Origin: Trueperaceae bacterium
GTDB lineage: Bacteria; Deinococcota; Deinococci; Deinococcales; Trueperaceae
Length of the DNA stretch: 64,000 bases
Direction: 5' to 3'
Assembly (NCBI GenBank): GCA_965213925.1
Contig: OZ243927.1
Location: forward strand, 512,001-576,000
Numbering within the stretch: the first letter of the stretch is position 1; each line of letters begins with the position of its first letter. Shown piece by piece: positions 48,789 to 57,231 of this stretch. A program made the translations under genes and the position numbers. A model generated the notes under the pieces. That model made no database searches and was not told where the DNA came from. It saw only the letters and a list, made by a program, of their open reading frames with translations.

Positions 48789-50182
48789 TGGACGCTAGCA
48801 CGCTAGAGGTCATTACAGATTTTCAGGATGTGCCGCATGGGGAACTCGAGTGGCTCTCCGAGCACTTGGGGCTGCGCCACCTAGACGCAGGCGAACGCTT
48901 CTACACCCAGGGCGACCCGGCGGACGCCTTGCACCTCATTCTGTCCGGTAGCCTCCAGCTCGTGCGGCGCGAGGCGGGACAAGAGGTCAACTCGTTCCTG
49001 GCGGAGCCCGGCGAAATCAGCGGCGTCTTGCCCTTTTCTCGCATGAAATACTACGGCGCGTCGGCGGTGGCTTTGCGCGAAACCGAGGTGGCAGAACTCA
49101 AGGCGAAACACTTCCCCGAGTTGCATAAATGCGCCCCCGTCCTCCTAGAAACGCTCGTTCACGAGATGCTCGACCGCACCCAGGAGTACACCCGCGTCGG
49201 GGCGCAGCGCGAGAAGCTCATGTCTCTAGGTACGATGTCGGCGGGGCTCGCCCACGAACTCAACAACCCCGCCTCGGCTGCCAAACGCGCCGCGCAGAAC
49301 CTGCGCGAGACGCTGCAAGCCTTCGACGAGCACTCCTCACAGATGCTGAGCCCGGTCATCTTTCAGAACTACGAGGGCGGCGACCCCTTTGCGCCGCTCT
49401 ACGACGAGATGACCCTGGACGGCGACACACTGAGCGCCCTAGAACGCAGCGACCTAGAGGACGAGTTAGGCGACTGGTTGGACGAGCAGGGCGTCGAGCA
49501 TCCCTGGGAGGTCGCGGCGACGCTCGTGACGGGCGGGCTCTCTAAAGAACCGATGGTGGAAGTCGCAAACGCCCTAAAACCCGAACAGGTACGAAACTTC
49601 CTCGAGTGGGTCCCCAAAGGCGTCGAGATGCGCCTCTTAGCGCAAGAACTCATCGAGAGCACCGCACGCATCTCTGACCTCGTAGGCGCGATGAAGGCGT
49701 ACACGTACATGGACCAGGGGCTGGAAAAGCAAGAGGTCGACCTCAAAGAGGGTATCGTCAACACGCTCATCATCTTGAAGCACAAGTGGCAGAAGAAGTC
49801 GGTTCAGCTCGAGAAGTCCTTCGCCGATCTGCCCAAAATCCCCGCCTACGGCAGCGAACTCAACCAGGTCTGGACGAACCTCTTGTCCAACGCGATTGAC
49901 GCCGTGGACGAGGGGGGCACGATAGAGATTCAAACCACGCTCGACGCTTCCGCCGAGGTCGCCTGCGTGGATATTATCGACGACGGCGGCGGCGTGCCCG
50001 AAAAGATTCAAGGGCGCATCTTCGAGCCGTTTTTTACCACTAAAGGCGTTGGCGAAGGAACGGGCATGGGCTTAGACATCGCCAACCGCATCGTACGGCA
50101 GCGGCACAGGGGAACGTTGCAGCTAGAGTCGCGCCCCGGTCGGACGAGATTTCGGGTGCGGTTGCCGCTTAGGGAGGCTTAA
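48785..50182 (+). CDS. Cytoplasmic histidine kinase with cNMP-binding sensor domain
   Basis: cNMP-like N-terminus; AHELNNP H-box, LNQVWTNLLSNA, DDGGG, FEPFFTTK, GTGMGL; no TM helix. Confidence 0.93.
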   Translation: MMDASTLEVITDFQDVPHGELEWLSEHLGLRHLDAGERFYTQGDPADALHLILSGSLQLVRREAGQEVNSFLAEPGEISGVLPFSRMKYYGASAVALRETEVAELKAKHFPELHKCAPVLLETLVHEMLDRTQEYTRVGAQREKLMSLGTMSAGLAHELNNPASAAKRAAQNLRETLQAFDEHSSQMLSPVIFQNYEGGDPFAPLYDEMTLDGDTLSALERSDLEDELGDWLDEQGVEHPWEVAATLVTGGLSKEPMVEVANALKPEQVRNFLEWVPKGVEMRLLAQELIESTARISDLVGAMKAYTYMDQGLEKQEVDLKEGIVNTLIILKHKWQKKSVQLEKSFADLPKIPAYGSELNQVWTNLLSNAIDAVDEGGTIEIQTTLDASAEVACVDIIDDGGGVPEKIQGRIFEPFFTTKGVGEGTGMGLDIANRIVRQRHRGTLQLESRPGRTRFRVRLPLREA

Positions 50183-50245
50183 CAGCCTGGAGATTTTGAA
50201 CCTTTGGCGACGCGGAGTGGCTCGCTCTGGCAGTTCAGAAAAACG

Positions 50246-50542
50246 TTAAGATTTTGTACGAGGGGTGTCGCTTTTTATCCCAACTGGAAGTACAACTGGC
50301 AGATTTCTGAGCTGCCCTTCAAGCTTCCAATCTTTAGGCTTTAGCTTTGGACAGAACCACTTTGCACCACTGGAGAGCCAATTTTTGCGGTAACGAATAA
50401 GTGCGGACTCCGAACTGTCTTCGTATCCGTACTCAATACCACAGCATTCACAGATGTCCCATAGGGGTGTTTTACCGTCTTCGCCCCAGGGCAGGAAGTC
50501 GCCTATCGGCAAACCGCAGCAGTGACAGTAGTTCTCACTCAT
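50246..50542 (-). CDS. Small Cys-rich hypothetical protein (immunity-protein-like)
   Basis: CHCCG..PWGEDG..ICECCGIEYGYED..YRKNW..WF; low GC. Confidence 0.65.
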   Translation of the reverse strand: MSENYCHCCGLPIGDFLPWGEDGKTPLWDICECCGIEYGYEDSSESALIRYRKNWLSSGAKWFCPKLKPKDWKLEGQLRNLPVVLPVGIKSDTPRTKS

Positions 50543-50729
50543 CCAAGGACCATTGTACTGCGTTTCGCAATACGATTTCTCTAACGTGCACGTTGCGCTT
50601 CGTAACTGTAGTCTTCGTTGTCATCAATCGTCCCGGAGAGGACCGTGGCAGGAGAGATAGGCTCGACCTCTTTGCAGAGCGCGGTATCAACTATGTACCT
50701 AAAGAAATTAGCGAAAAGTATGACAAGAT

Positions 50730-51143
50730 TTATGCAGTTTCACGCATCTTCAACCTGGCGTGACGCCTGAGAAAAGAGGTGGGCTTGATCTCGATAATGA
50801 TAGGTGAGCGGTTCCAGCAACGAAATAGCACCTCGCTCTCGGAAATCGGCCAGTGCGCCTCTATATCTTCGGTTGAATACCACACGCCGAGACGCCTCTT
50901 GCTCACCACGCGGAGGTCTTCTGAAAGCAGCAGAAATTCGTAGTTTTCTTCGAAGGGGCAGTCCCAAGAGGTCACGAGTAGGTAATAGTCTTTGTAGCGG
51001 TACTGCGCGTCAATCACGAAGCCGGGGACAAACCTCTGCGTTCGCTCGCCGTTCTTGAGCAGGTGCGTTTTGAGGGGCCACGTTTCGTAGGGTCCGCTAT
51101 GCTGCTCGAGCGTAAAGAGAGAAACTTCAAGCATACGCTTCAT
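50730..51143 (-). CDS. Hypothetical protein
   Basis: 137-aa ORF closely coupled to the upstream ORF. Confidence 0.6.
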   Translation of the reverse strand: MKRMLEVSLFTLEQHSGPYETWPLKTHLLKNGERTQRFVPGFVIDAQYRYKDYYLLVTSWDCPFEENYEFLLLSEDLRVVSKRRLGVWYSTEDIEAHWPISESEVLFRCWNRSPIIIEIKPTSFLRRHARLKMRETA

Positions 51144-51149
51144 CTTAGC

Positions 51150-51680
51150 TCAGGCGGGGAGTTTGGTCTTTGGCTCGACCACATCGTAGCCTAATTCTGA
51201 TGCAGCCTCCACAAAAACGCCTCTCAATGTTCCGCTCAAATCCTCTTGGCTGAAGAGAGAAAGCGTCACAGAATCGTGATACGGGAGCGGTCCGCCGATG
51301 AGCGAGTAGAGTTCCGTCTCTACGTACAAGACGGCCTCTTCGCCCTGCTCGAGCCTAAACCTCGCAGGAAAGTCGGCTCCCTCTCCCTGCGCTTCTTGAG
51401 ATGAAAGAGGTTGCCAGGGTCTTTCGGATAGCTTAACGTCTCTTGACTTTGTAAAGATGAAGCCCCATTCTCGGCGCTCCCAATGCTCCTCGACTATGTT
51501 GTGTGCGCCCAACGCGGAAGCCATCTCAGGGAACGCCCGAGCAACTAAGTCCCAAGGGTCAACCTGGCTGCCGTCTTCCCCCAACCAAGTGAGCACAGCG
51601 AAGCGGTAGGGGTGTCCCGGAGGAGGGGTCGGGCTGTAAACGTCCGTCCCCTTCACGAAAGCGACGCGCCCTGTGACCAT
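51150..51680 (-). CDS. Hypothetical protein
   Basis: 176-aa ORF; start overlaps the upstream stop (TGATG). Confidence 0.6.
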   Translation of the reverse strand: MVTGRVAFVKGTDVYSPTPPPGHPYRFAVLTWLGEDGSQVDPWDLVARAFPEMASALGAHNIVEEHWERREWGFIFTKSRDVKLSERPWQPLSSQEAQGEGADFPARFRLEQGEEAVLYVETELYSLIGGPLPYHDSVTLSLFSQEDLSGTLRGVFVEAASELGYDVVEPKTKLPA

Positions 51681-51934
51681 CAGCTCACCCGCTCACGAGC
51701 GACGTCCGCGCACGACGTAGTAAAGGCGAGGAGCCAGAGCGCCCCTAGTGCCGTGATGAGTAGGCCAGCGCTCCCGATTCTCGAGGCGATAGAGAGTTGA
51801 GCGTTGTACTCAGCCTGCATCGCGGGTGTTGGGTCTTGGTACGGAATACTGACAAAGATAACGCCGTACATAAAGCCCGCGAAAAGCGTGCCCAAACCCA
51901 AGATCAAAGGTGCGGTTGCTACCAGCCATTTCAT
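51680..51934 (-). CDS. Small two-TM membrane protein
   Basis: Two hydrophobic helices around an IPYQDPTP loop. Confidence 0.7.
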   Translation of the reverse strand: MKWLVATAPLILGLGTLFAGFMYGVIFVSIPYQDPTPAMQAEYNAQLSIASRIGSAGLLITALGALWLLAFTTSCADVARERVS

Positions 51935-52001
51935 TACTCACCTATTTGCCCTAAAGATTCGCGCTACCCCATCAACTAGAACTCGTTTTTTGTAACAACG
52001 C

Positions 52002-52682
52002 CTACTTCGTCGGCTGTTCTACCTCGAGTATCTTCCGCGCCACCTCCAATAAGTCATCCCCCACCACATCCGGCTCGGGCGCGAGCGGGTCCAAGACCTT
52101 ACCCGGACGCGCGACAAACGCGCCCGCGCAGCCGGAGCGCATCGCCCCCGCAAGGTCCCAAGCGTGCGCCGCCACGAGCCGCATCTCGGAGGTTTCGACG
52201 CCGAGAGATTCCGCAGCCTTTTTGTAAACCTCGGGGGCGGGTTTAAGCTGCTCGGCAGTGTCCGCCGAAAGAATCTGCTCGAAAAACCCGGCTAAGCCTG
52301 CCTGCGTGAGTTGTGACTGCGCCACCTCCAAAGTCGAGTTGGTCAGCGCCGCGAGGCGCAAGCCGCCCTCTTGCAGCGTCTCTAGCGCCTCTCTCACCTC
52401 GGGATGCGGCGGCAGTTTGCGCACACCCATCAGAATGGCGTTTTTATCCTTGTCCGAGAGGTCAACCTCTTCTCGAGCCGCAACCATCTCCAAAGCCCCC
52501 TGCGCCACCTCGCCAAAGTCGGCATATGCACCCGTGATCACGCCGACCATCGCCGTTTGAATCATCTGCGTGAACCACGCGCCGCGCACCTCTTTGCTGC
52601 CAAAAGCACGTTCGAAGTAGGGGTCTAAATCGCTCAAATCTAGCAAGGTTTCGTTGACGTCAAAGACGATGATTCGGGCCAT
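52002..52682 (-). CDS. Haloacid dehalogenase type II
   Basis: FDVNETLLD, LTNS, KPAPEVY, AAHAWDLAGA. Confidence 0.92.
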   Translation of the reverse strand: MARIIVFDVNETLLDLSDLDPYFERAFGSKEVRGAWFTQMIQTAMVGVITGAYADFGEVAQGALEMVAAREEVDLSDKDKNAILMGVRKLPPHPEVREALETLQEGGLRLAALTNSTLEVAQSQLTQAGLAGFFEQILSADTAEQLKPAPEVYKKAAESLGVETSEMRLVAAHAWDLAGAMRSGCAGAFVARPGKVLDPLAPEPDVVGDDLLEVARKILEVEQPTK

Positions 52683-52705
52683 AGCGTTCTCCTCAATCTC
52701 TAGTC

Positions 52706-53275
52706 TTATGCATTCCAAAAGGGATACGCCACGCGCTCCGCCGCCCCCGCCGCGACCTCTTCGCCGTAAAACTCGCGCAGCAACTCCAGCCCCACATCTA
52801 ACCCCGCCGACGCGCCGCCCGCGCACCACACGCGCTCATTTTTCACCACCCTCGCCTCAACCACTTCCCCCACCTCATAATCTAAAAGCCGCTCGCGCAG
52901 CGGCAACCACGTCGTCGCCCTGAGGTCGCGTAAGAACCCAAGTTCGCCTAAGAGAAACGCCCCCGTACTGACGCTCACGAGGAGACGCGCGCCCGCCGCT
53001 TTATCTTTTAAGTAAGAGGTCAGCGCCTTGTCCCGGCTCGCCGCGTCCACGCCTGCGCCGCCCGGCACGACGAGCACGTCCGGCTCCGGTGCGCTCATAA
53101 AAGCCCACTGCGGCGTAACGGTCAAGCCGCCGGAGGTCTGCACCGAGTTGCGCGACTTCGCCGTGGTGAAGAGGTTAGGCTCATCTTCGGCATTCAGCCC
53201 AGCACGCACCGCGCTATAGGTGCCGACCACATCCAACTCGTGAACCTCGTGATAGAGCACTAGGGCGATATTCAT
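52706..53275 (-). CDS. DJ-1/PfpI-family protein (nucleophile Cys replaced by Ser)
   Basis: ELDVVG, VVPGG, SVSTGAFLL, ATT, GGASAGLD. Confidence 0.85.
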   Translation of the reverse strand: MNIALVLYHEVHELDVVGTYSAVRAGLNAEDEPNLFTTAKSRNSVQTSGGLTVTPQWAFMSAPEPDVLVVPGGAGVDAASRDKALTSYLKDKAAGARLLVSVSTGAFLLGELGFLRDLRATTWLPLRERLLDYEVGEVVEARVVKNERVWCAGGASAGLDVGLELLREFYGEEVAAGAAERVAYPFWNA

Positions 53276-53381
53276 TCACGTATCTTATCAGGGCTGCACG
53301 CTTTCATGAAGGCGCGATTCGGAGCCCTATCTTGACGCAGCTTACAGCCTCTTCGGGGAGAGGTTCGTTAAACTTTAGGAT

Positions 53382-53891
53382 ATGAAGCGACTTCTAATTT
53401 TGAGCGTCCTCCTGACCTCTTTCAGCTTCGCCCAGCCCACCTGCGAAACGCTGGTGAGCGACCTAGAAACCGCTTTCGACGAAGCCGAAAGCCTCTTGTC
53501 CGAAGTTGAAGTCGTCGCTAACGGGCGCGAGATGGGCTACCAGAAGGCGCGTCTCTACCGGGATGATACAGGCGAGTTGCAAAGTGAGGTGTTGGAGGAG
53601 CGCGGGCAGCGTCCGCCGGAGGACGAAGGCGAAGGCGAGAGTGACGAGGAGTTTAGCTTTAGCTGCGAGGGCAACGAGATCGAGCTTCTAGGCAGCGACG
53701 GTTCGTACCGCTTGACGTTGCAGGAGGATGACGAGGACATCCCGGTAGACGAGTATCGGCTCGAGTTCTTCCCCCAGGGCGAGCGTTATCTGCCGCGCTC
53801 GATCATCGCCAACTTCAATACGACCTTCGTGCTGATTCCGGTGAGAGGGACGTTCACGACGAACTTGAGCGAGTGGACCTTTCCTGAGTAA
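53382..53891 (+). CDS. Secreted acidic hypothetical protein
   Basis: MKR + hydrophobic stretch + SFA signal peptide; two Cys. Confidence 0.75.
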   Translation: MKRLLILSVLLTSFSFAQPTCETLVSDLETAFDEAESLLSEVEVVANGREMGYQKARLYRDDTGELQSEVLEERGQRPPEDEGEGESDEEFSFSCEGNEIELLGSDGSYRLTLQEDDEDIPVDEYRLEFFPQGERYLPRSIIANFNTTFVLIPVRGTFTTNLSEWTFPE

Positions 53892-53941
53892 GCGAGTCAG
53901 CACCTCAGCCAGTCAGCAATTCAGAAAAAGCAAGGGACAAC

Positions 53942-54505
53942 TTGACGTTATCTGGAAAAACTACGGCGCTGTCTAAAGATTTTTACGCGAGAGACGCCGA
54001 GACCGTCGCCAAAGCGCTTCTCGGCACAACACTCGTTCATCATCTCGGCGGTGCAATTCAGCGCTCCCGCATCGTCGAAACCGAAGCTTACGTCGGCACC
54101 CATGATCTCGCCTCGCACGCCTCCAAAGGCAGAACGAAACGCACCGAGGTGATGTTCGGTCCACCCGGACGCGCTTACGTCTACCTTATCTACGGCATGT
54201 ACGACATGCTCAACATCGTAACCGGACAAGACGGGGACGCCCAAGCGGTGCTGATTCGAGCCGTTGAACCTCTCGAGAATGTCTCGGGCAAAACGGATGG
54301 TCCGGGCAAATTGACGCGGGCGCTAGGAATTACGCGAGAACTCAATCGACACGACCTCTCGGAAGAACCGCTCTGGTTGGGGCCCGGCACGCCTCCAGAA
54401 GAGGTCGTTACCACTACGCGCATCGGCATCGACTACGCGGGCGTGTGGAGAGACGCGCCGCTCAGGTTTTATGACGCGGGGAGCGGGTTTGTCTCTAAGA
54501 AGTAG
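53942..54505 (+). CDS. mpg: 3-methyladenine DNA glycosylase (AAG/MPG)
   Basis: IVETEAY, YVYLIYGMY, AVLIRA, GPGKL, RIGI. Confidence 0.95.
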   Translation: MTLSGKTTALSKDFYARDAETVAKALLGTTLVHHLGGAIQRSRIVETEAYVGTHDLASHASKGRTKRTEVMFGPPGRAYVYLIYGMYDMLNIVTGQDGDAQAVLIRAVEPLENVSGKTDGPGKLTRALGITRELNRHDLSEEPLWLGPGTPPEEVVTTTRIGIDYAGVWRDAPLRFYDAGSGFVSKK

Positions 54506-54511
54506 CAAGAG

Positions 54512-54602
54512 AAAAGGACTGAGATCAAAGGTTTAGCCTTCACCTTTCTCTCAGTCCTCAGTCCTTTAACCTTATTTTATCGTTGCTCGGTACTCATTGC
54601 TC
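54512..54602. repeat. Heptamer-repeat hairpin (ggactga/tcagtcc, attgctc)
   Basis: aaaggactgag...ctcagtcctcagtccttt...ttgctcggtactcattgctc. Confidence 0.6.
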
Positions 54603-54633
54603 TTTACCCTCAGCACCCCGTTACAATACCCTC

Positions 54634-55059
54634 ATGCTCGACACCCGAACTTTCAGAAGCATTATCGAAGACCTCATCCCGATGAACCGTTTTTTAGGGC
54701 TCAAGCTAGACCACTTCGACATGGAGACCGGCGACGTAACCACACGTTTAGCGATGCGCCCCGAATACCTGGGCAACGCCCGCCGCGCCATGCCGCACGG
54801 CGGTCTCATCTCCTTCTTAATCGACGCCACAGCGGGCGCGTCCGCCGCCCTTTCGCTGGACGACTATTCTCTTATCGACCGCGTCGCCACCATCGACATG
54901 CGCGTGGACTACCTCAAACCCGCTAAGGGAGAGGTGCTCCTGACCTCTTCGACGGTCATGCGCCCCGGCAACCGCATCATCAATGTGCGGAGTGAACTGC
55001 ACGACGACGTAGGCACGCTCGTCGCGCTCGGCTCGAATACGTTCAACGTGGCGAGGTGA
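54634..55059 (+). CDS. PaaI-family hotdog thioesterase
   Basis: N..HGG...LID, ATIDMRVDYLKP. Confidence 0.9.
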   Translation: MLDTRTFRSIIEDLIPMNRFLGLKLDHFDMETGDVTTRLAMRPEYLGNARRAMPHGGLISFLIDATAGASAALSLDDYSLIDRVATIDMRVDYLKPAKGEVLLTSSTVMRPGNRIINVRSELHDDVGTLVALGSNTFNVAR

Positions 55060-55069
55060 CGCGGTGGAC

Positions 55070-55240
55070 ATGCAGCGCTTAGCCACCTCGACGCTCCTTT
55101 TTACCGTCGCCATGCTCGGCTTTAACACGCTCGGCTCGGAGCGGACGCTCACCGAGGCGATCCCGCTTAGCCTCTTTCAAGGGGTCATCTTCGCCTCGTT
55201 CGTCTACGCTTGGGAGTGGTACCGCAACCGGAAGAAATGA
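55070..55240 (+). CDS. Small two-TM membrane protein (56 aa, absent from the ORF track)
   Basis: MQRLATSTLLFTVAMLGFNTLGSERTLTEAIPLSLFQGVIFASFVYAWEWYRNRKK; stop overlaps the next ATG. Confidence 0.65.
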   Translation: MQRLATSTLLFTVAMLGFNTLGSERTLTEAIPLSLFQGVIFASFVYAWEWYRNRKK

Positions 55241-56190
55241 CCAGAAGAGGTGCCCGGAAAAGATTCCCGGAAGAGATGAAGGCTGAACTTAGCGCGGCTG
55301 AACTAGAGACCCTGAGCCACCTTTACGGCTGGAGAAACGCGACCTCTTCGCCTATCCATAAGGGAGAAAACGCGACGTTTCTTGTTGCGGCTAAAGAGGT
55401 AAGGTGCGCCCTGCGCAAATACCGCCAGCGCGACCTCTCCCCTATCCGCGCCGAACTCGCCTGGATGTCGGAACTCTCACAAGAGGTCTCTGTACCTTTT
55501 GTTCTTCCTACCCGGCACAACGACCTCTTCGCGCAGATAGACGGAGAGGTTTACGCGGCGTTCGAGTACCTCGAGGGTCACTTCGTAGAAGAAAACACCA
55601 CCGCCAACCTCTTTCGTCTAGGACGGCTTTTCAGTACACTTCACGCCGCTTCGGAAGAGGTCGCTGAGCGGATGCCGAACGATTGGATAGGCTGGCAGCG
55701 TCCCACCTTTGACGACCAAGAGGTCGTTGAAAAGCCGCTCGAGCACCTCTTGAGCGCCGCCTTCTTGACCTCAGAGGACAAAAAGAGGTGTGAGCGTGTC
55801 GCAGAAGAACTCGGCAAGAGGTTTCGACCTCTTTTAGAAGGGACCTTCGTTCACGCGGATTTGCATTTCGGAAACGTTTTAGAGCAAGACGGCGCGTGGT
55901 TCTGTCTGGACTTTGACGAGTGCGGCTTTGGCTCGAGACTTTTTGACTTAGGCGTCGTCAAGTTTCACCTGATGGCGGAGGATGACCTCCACGTTCTTCC
56001 CCATTTTATAAGCGGTTACGGCGCACCTCTTTCAGATGGAGCCCTCAGCCTCGGCACGGCGGCGCGCATCTTTTACACGGCGGGCAAAATCCCGCTGCGC
56101 TTAGATATTCCCGACTTGGCGAGAAATCCTAGGGGAGCCGTTCAGCGTTATTTAGGGTATCTCGAGGCGGAGCTTAAAGGGATTGTGTAA
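55237..56190 (+). CDS. APH / type II homoserine kinase-like phosphotransferase
   Basis: GENATF, ELAWM, LH, HADLHFGN, LDFDECG. Confidence 0.88.
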   Translation: MTRRGARKRFPEEMKAELSAAELETLSHLYGWRNATSSPIHKGENATFLVAAKEVRCALRKYRQRDLSPIRAELAWMSELSQEVSVPFVLPTRHNDLFAQIDGEVYAAFEYLEGHFVEENTTANLFRLGRLFSTLHAASEEVAERMPNDWIGWQRPTFDDQEVVEKPLEHLLSAAFLTSEDKKRCERVAEELGKRFRPLLEGTFVHADLHFGNVLEQDGAWFCLDFDECGFGSRLFDLGVVKFHLMAEDDLHVLPHFISGYGAPLSDGALSLGTAARIFYTAGKIPLRLDIPDLARNPRGAVQRYLGYLEAELKGIV

Positions 56191-56201
56191 GCGTCACGCC
56201 A

Positions 56202-56246
56202 TACGGATTCCGGTCAATTCCCGTAAGAATTAACCCGGGCAGAGCG
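56202..56246 (+). repeat. Repeat family B, truncated end
   Basis: tacggattccggtcaattcccgtaagaattaacccgggc resembles the 13990 end. Confidence 0.65.
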
Positions 56247-56257
56247 ATTAGTCGCAG

Positions 56258-56788
56258 TTAGCCGCGCAAGAATTCGCTAGGCTGCTCGCTCAGAGGGGGC
56301 AAATCGTCTAGGGAGTGGAGCCCGAACTCCAGCAAAAACCGCTCCGTCGTGCCGTAGAGTAGCGGTTTGCCGATGACGTCCTTGCGCCCGAGCACCTTGA
56401 TGAGTTCGCGCTCTTGCAGCGTGTCTAATGTCGAAGCGCACGACGCGCCCCGCGCCGCCTCTAGCTCGCCGCGCGTCACGGGCTGCTGATACGCGACGAG
56501 GGCGAGCGTCTCCACGGCGGCTTTCGAGAGCTGCGGGAGGGGCGGCGGCGAGAGCAGCGCCGCGAGGTCGCCGGTGAGCGTCGGACTAACGATTAAGCGG
56601 ACGCCGCCCGCGACCTCTTCGACGACGAGACCGAGATGATGTTCTTTGAGAGTTCTCTGCAAGTCGCGCACGACCTCCGCGACCTCTTCGGGCTTGATCT
56701 GTAAAAGCGTGCCGAGGTCGCCGTCACTGAGCGGGCGTCCGGCGGCGAGGAGCGCGGAGCAGAGGAGGGCGCGGTGGTGAGGTGGCAT
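56258..56788 (-). CDS. scpB: SMC-Scp complex subunit ScpB
   Basis: LSKAAVETLALVAYQQPVTRGELEAARG, GKPLLYGTTERFL..FGL..L.DLP. Confidence 0.95.
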   Translation of the reverse strand: MPPHHRALLCSALLAAGRPLSDGDLGTLLQIKPEEVAEVVRDLQRTLKEHHLGLVVEEVAGGVRLIVSPTLTGDLAALLSPPPLPQLSKAAVETLALVAYQQPVTRGELEAARGASCASTLDTLQERELIKVLGRKDVIGKPLLYGTTERFLLEFGLHSLDDLPPLSEQPSEFLRG

Positions 56789-56829
56789 GTAGGGGTAGTT
56801 TACCGCAAACCTTGCAGGGTCACTTCTTA

Positions 56830-57051
56830 TACGAATTCCGATCGATTACTGCATAAACTCTTTCAGAATTTCTTCCGTTATCATCGGAATCCGTACTTTT
56901 TCTACTCGCAATAGAGTCCTCAGCCAGAGGTTCCTTCGGAAGCTTCGCGCAATCGTCTTTGAAGCTATGCGCGTCGTCGTTAAGCTTACCAGCCCCGGCT
57001 GATGGCTCTTCCGCTCGGGGTAATTCCTACGGGAATTACCCGGAAATCGTA
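56830..57051 (-). repeat. Repeat family B, full copy (inverted relative to 13990)
   Basis: cggaatccgtactttttctactcgc ... cgctcggggtaattcctacgggaattacccggaaatcgta. Confidence 0.8.
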
Positions 57052-57231
57052 CTACATTCTCCTCTCTCCCCCATTCAGGGGTAAATTCCGCCTTACATAC
57101 CTTTTAAGCTAAATGAGTCGCTCAGCACCTAACGTACACGTTTCAGTTTGGTGAGACCTGCACTGTGCTGTCCGAGCTTCGAGATGACCGATTTGAAATA
57201 ACTGATTTGAGATGACCGAGGGGAATACGAA

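Noticed and set aside
50176..50252. attC-like site (tcttaac...gttaagc) after the orphan ORFs
   Set aside because: Both ends are simply convergent TAA stop codons followed by C; L-box spacing does not fit and no other attC or integrase is present
50543..50729. Possible toxin C-terminal remnant upstream of the Cys-rich ORF
   Set aside because: Only a ~40-codon open stretch without a start or recognisable motif
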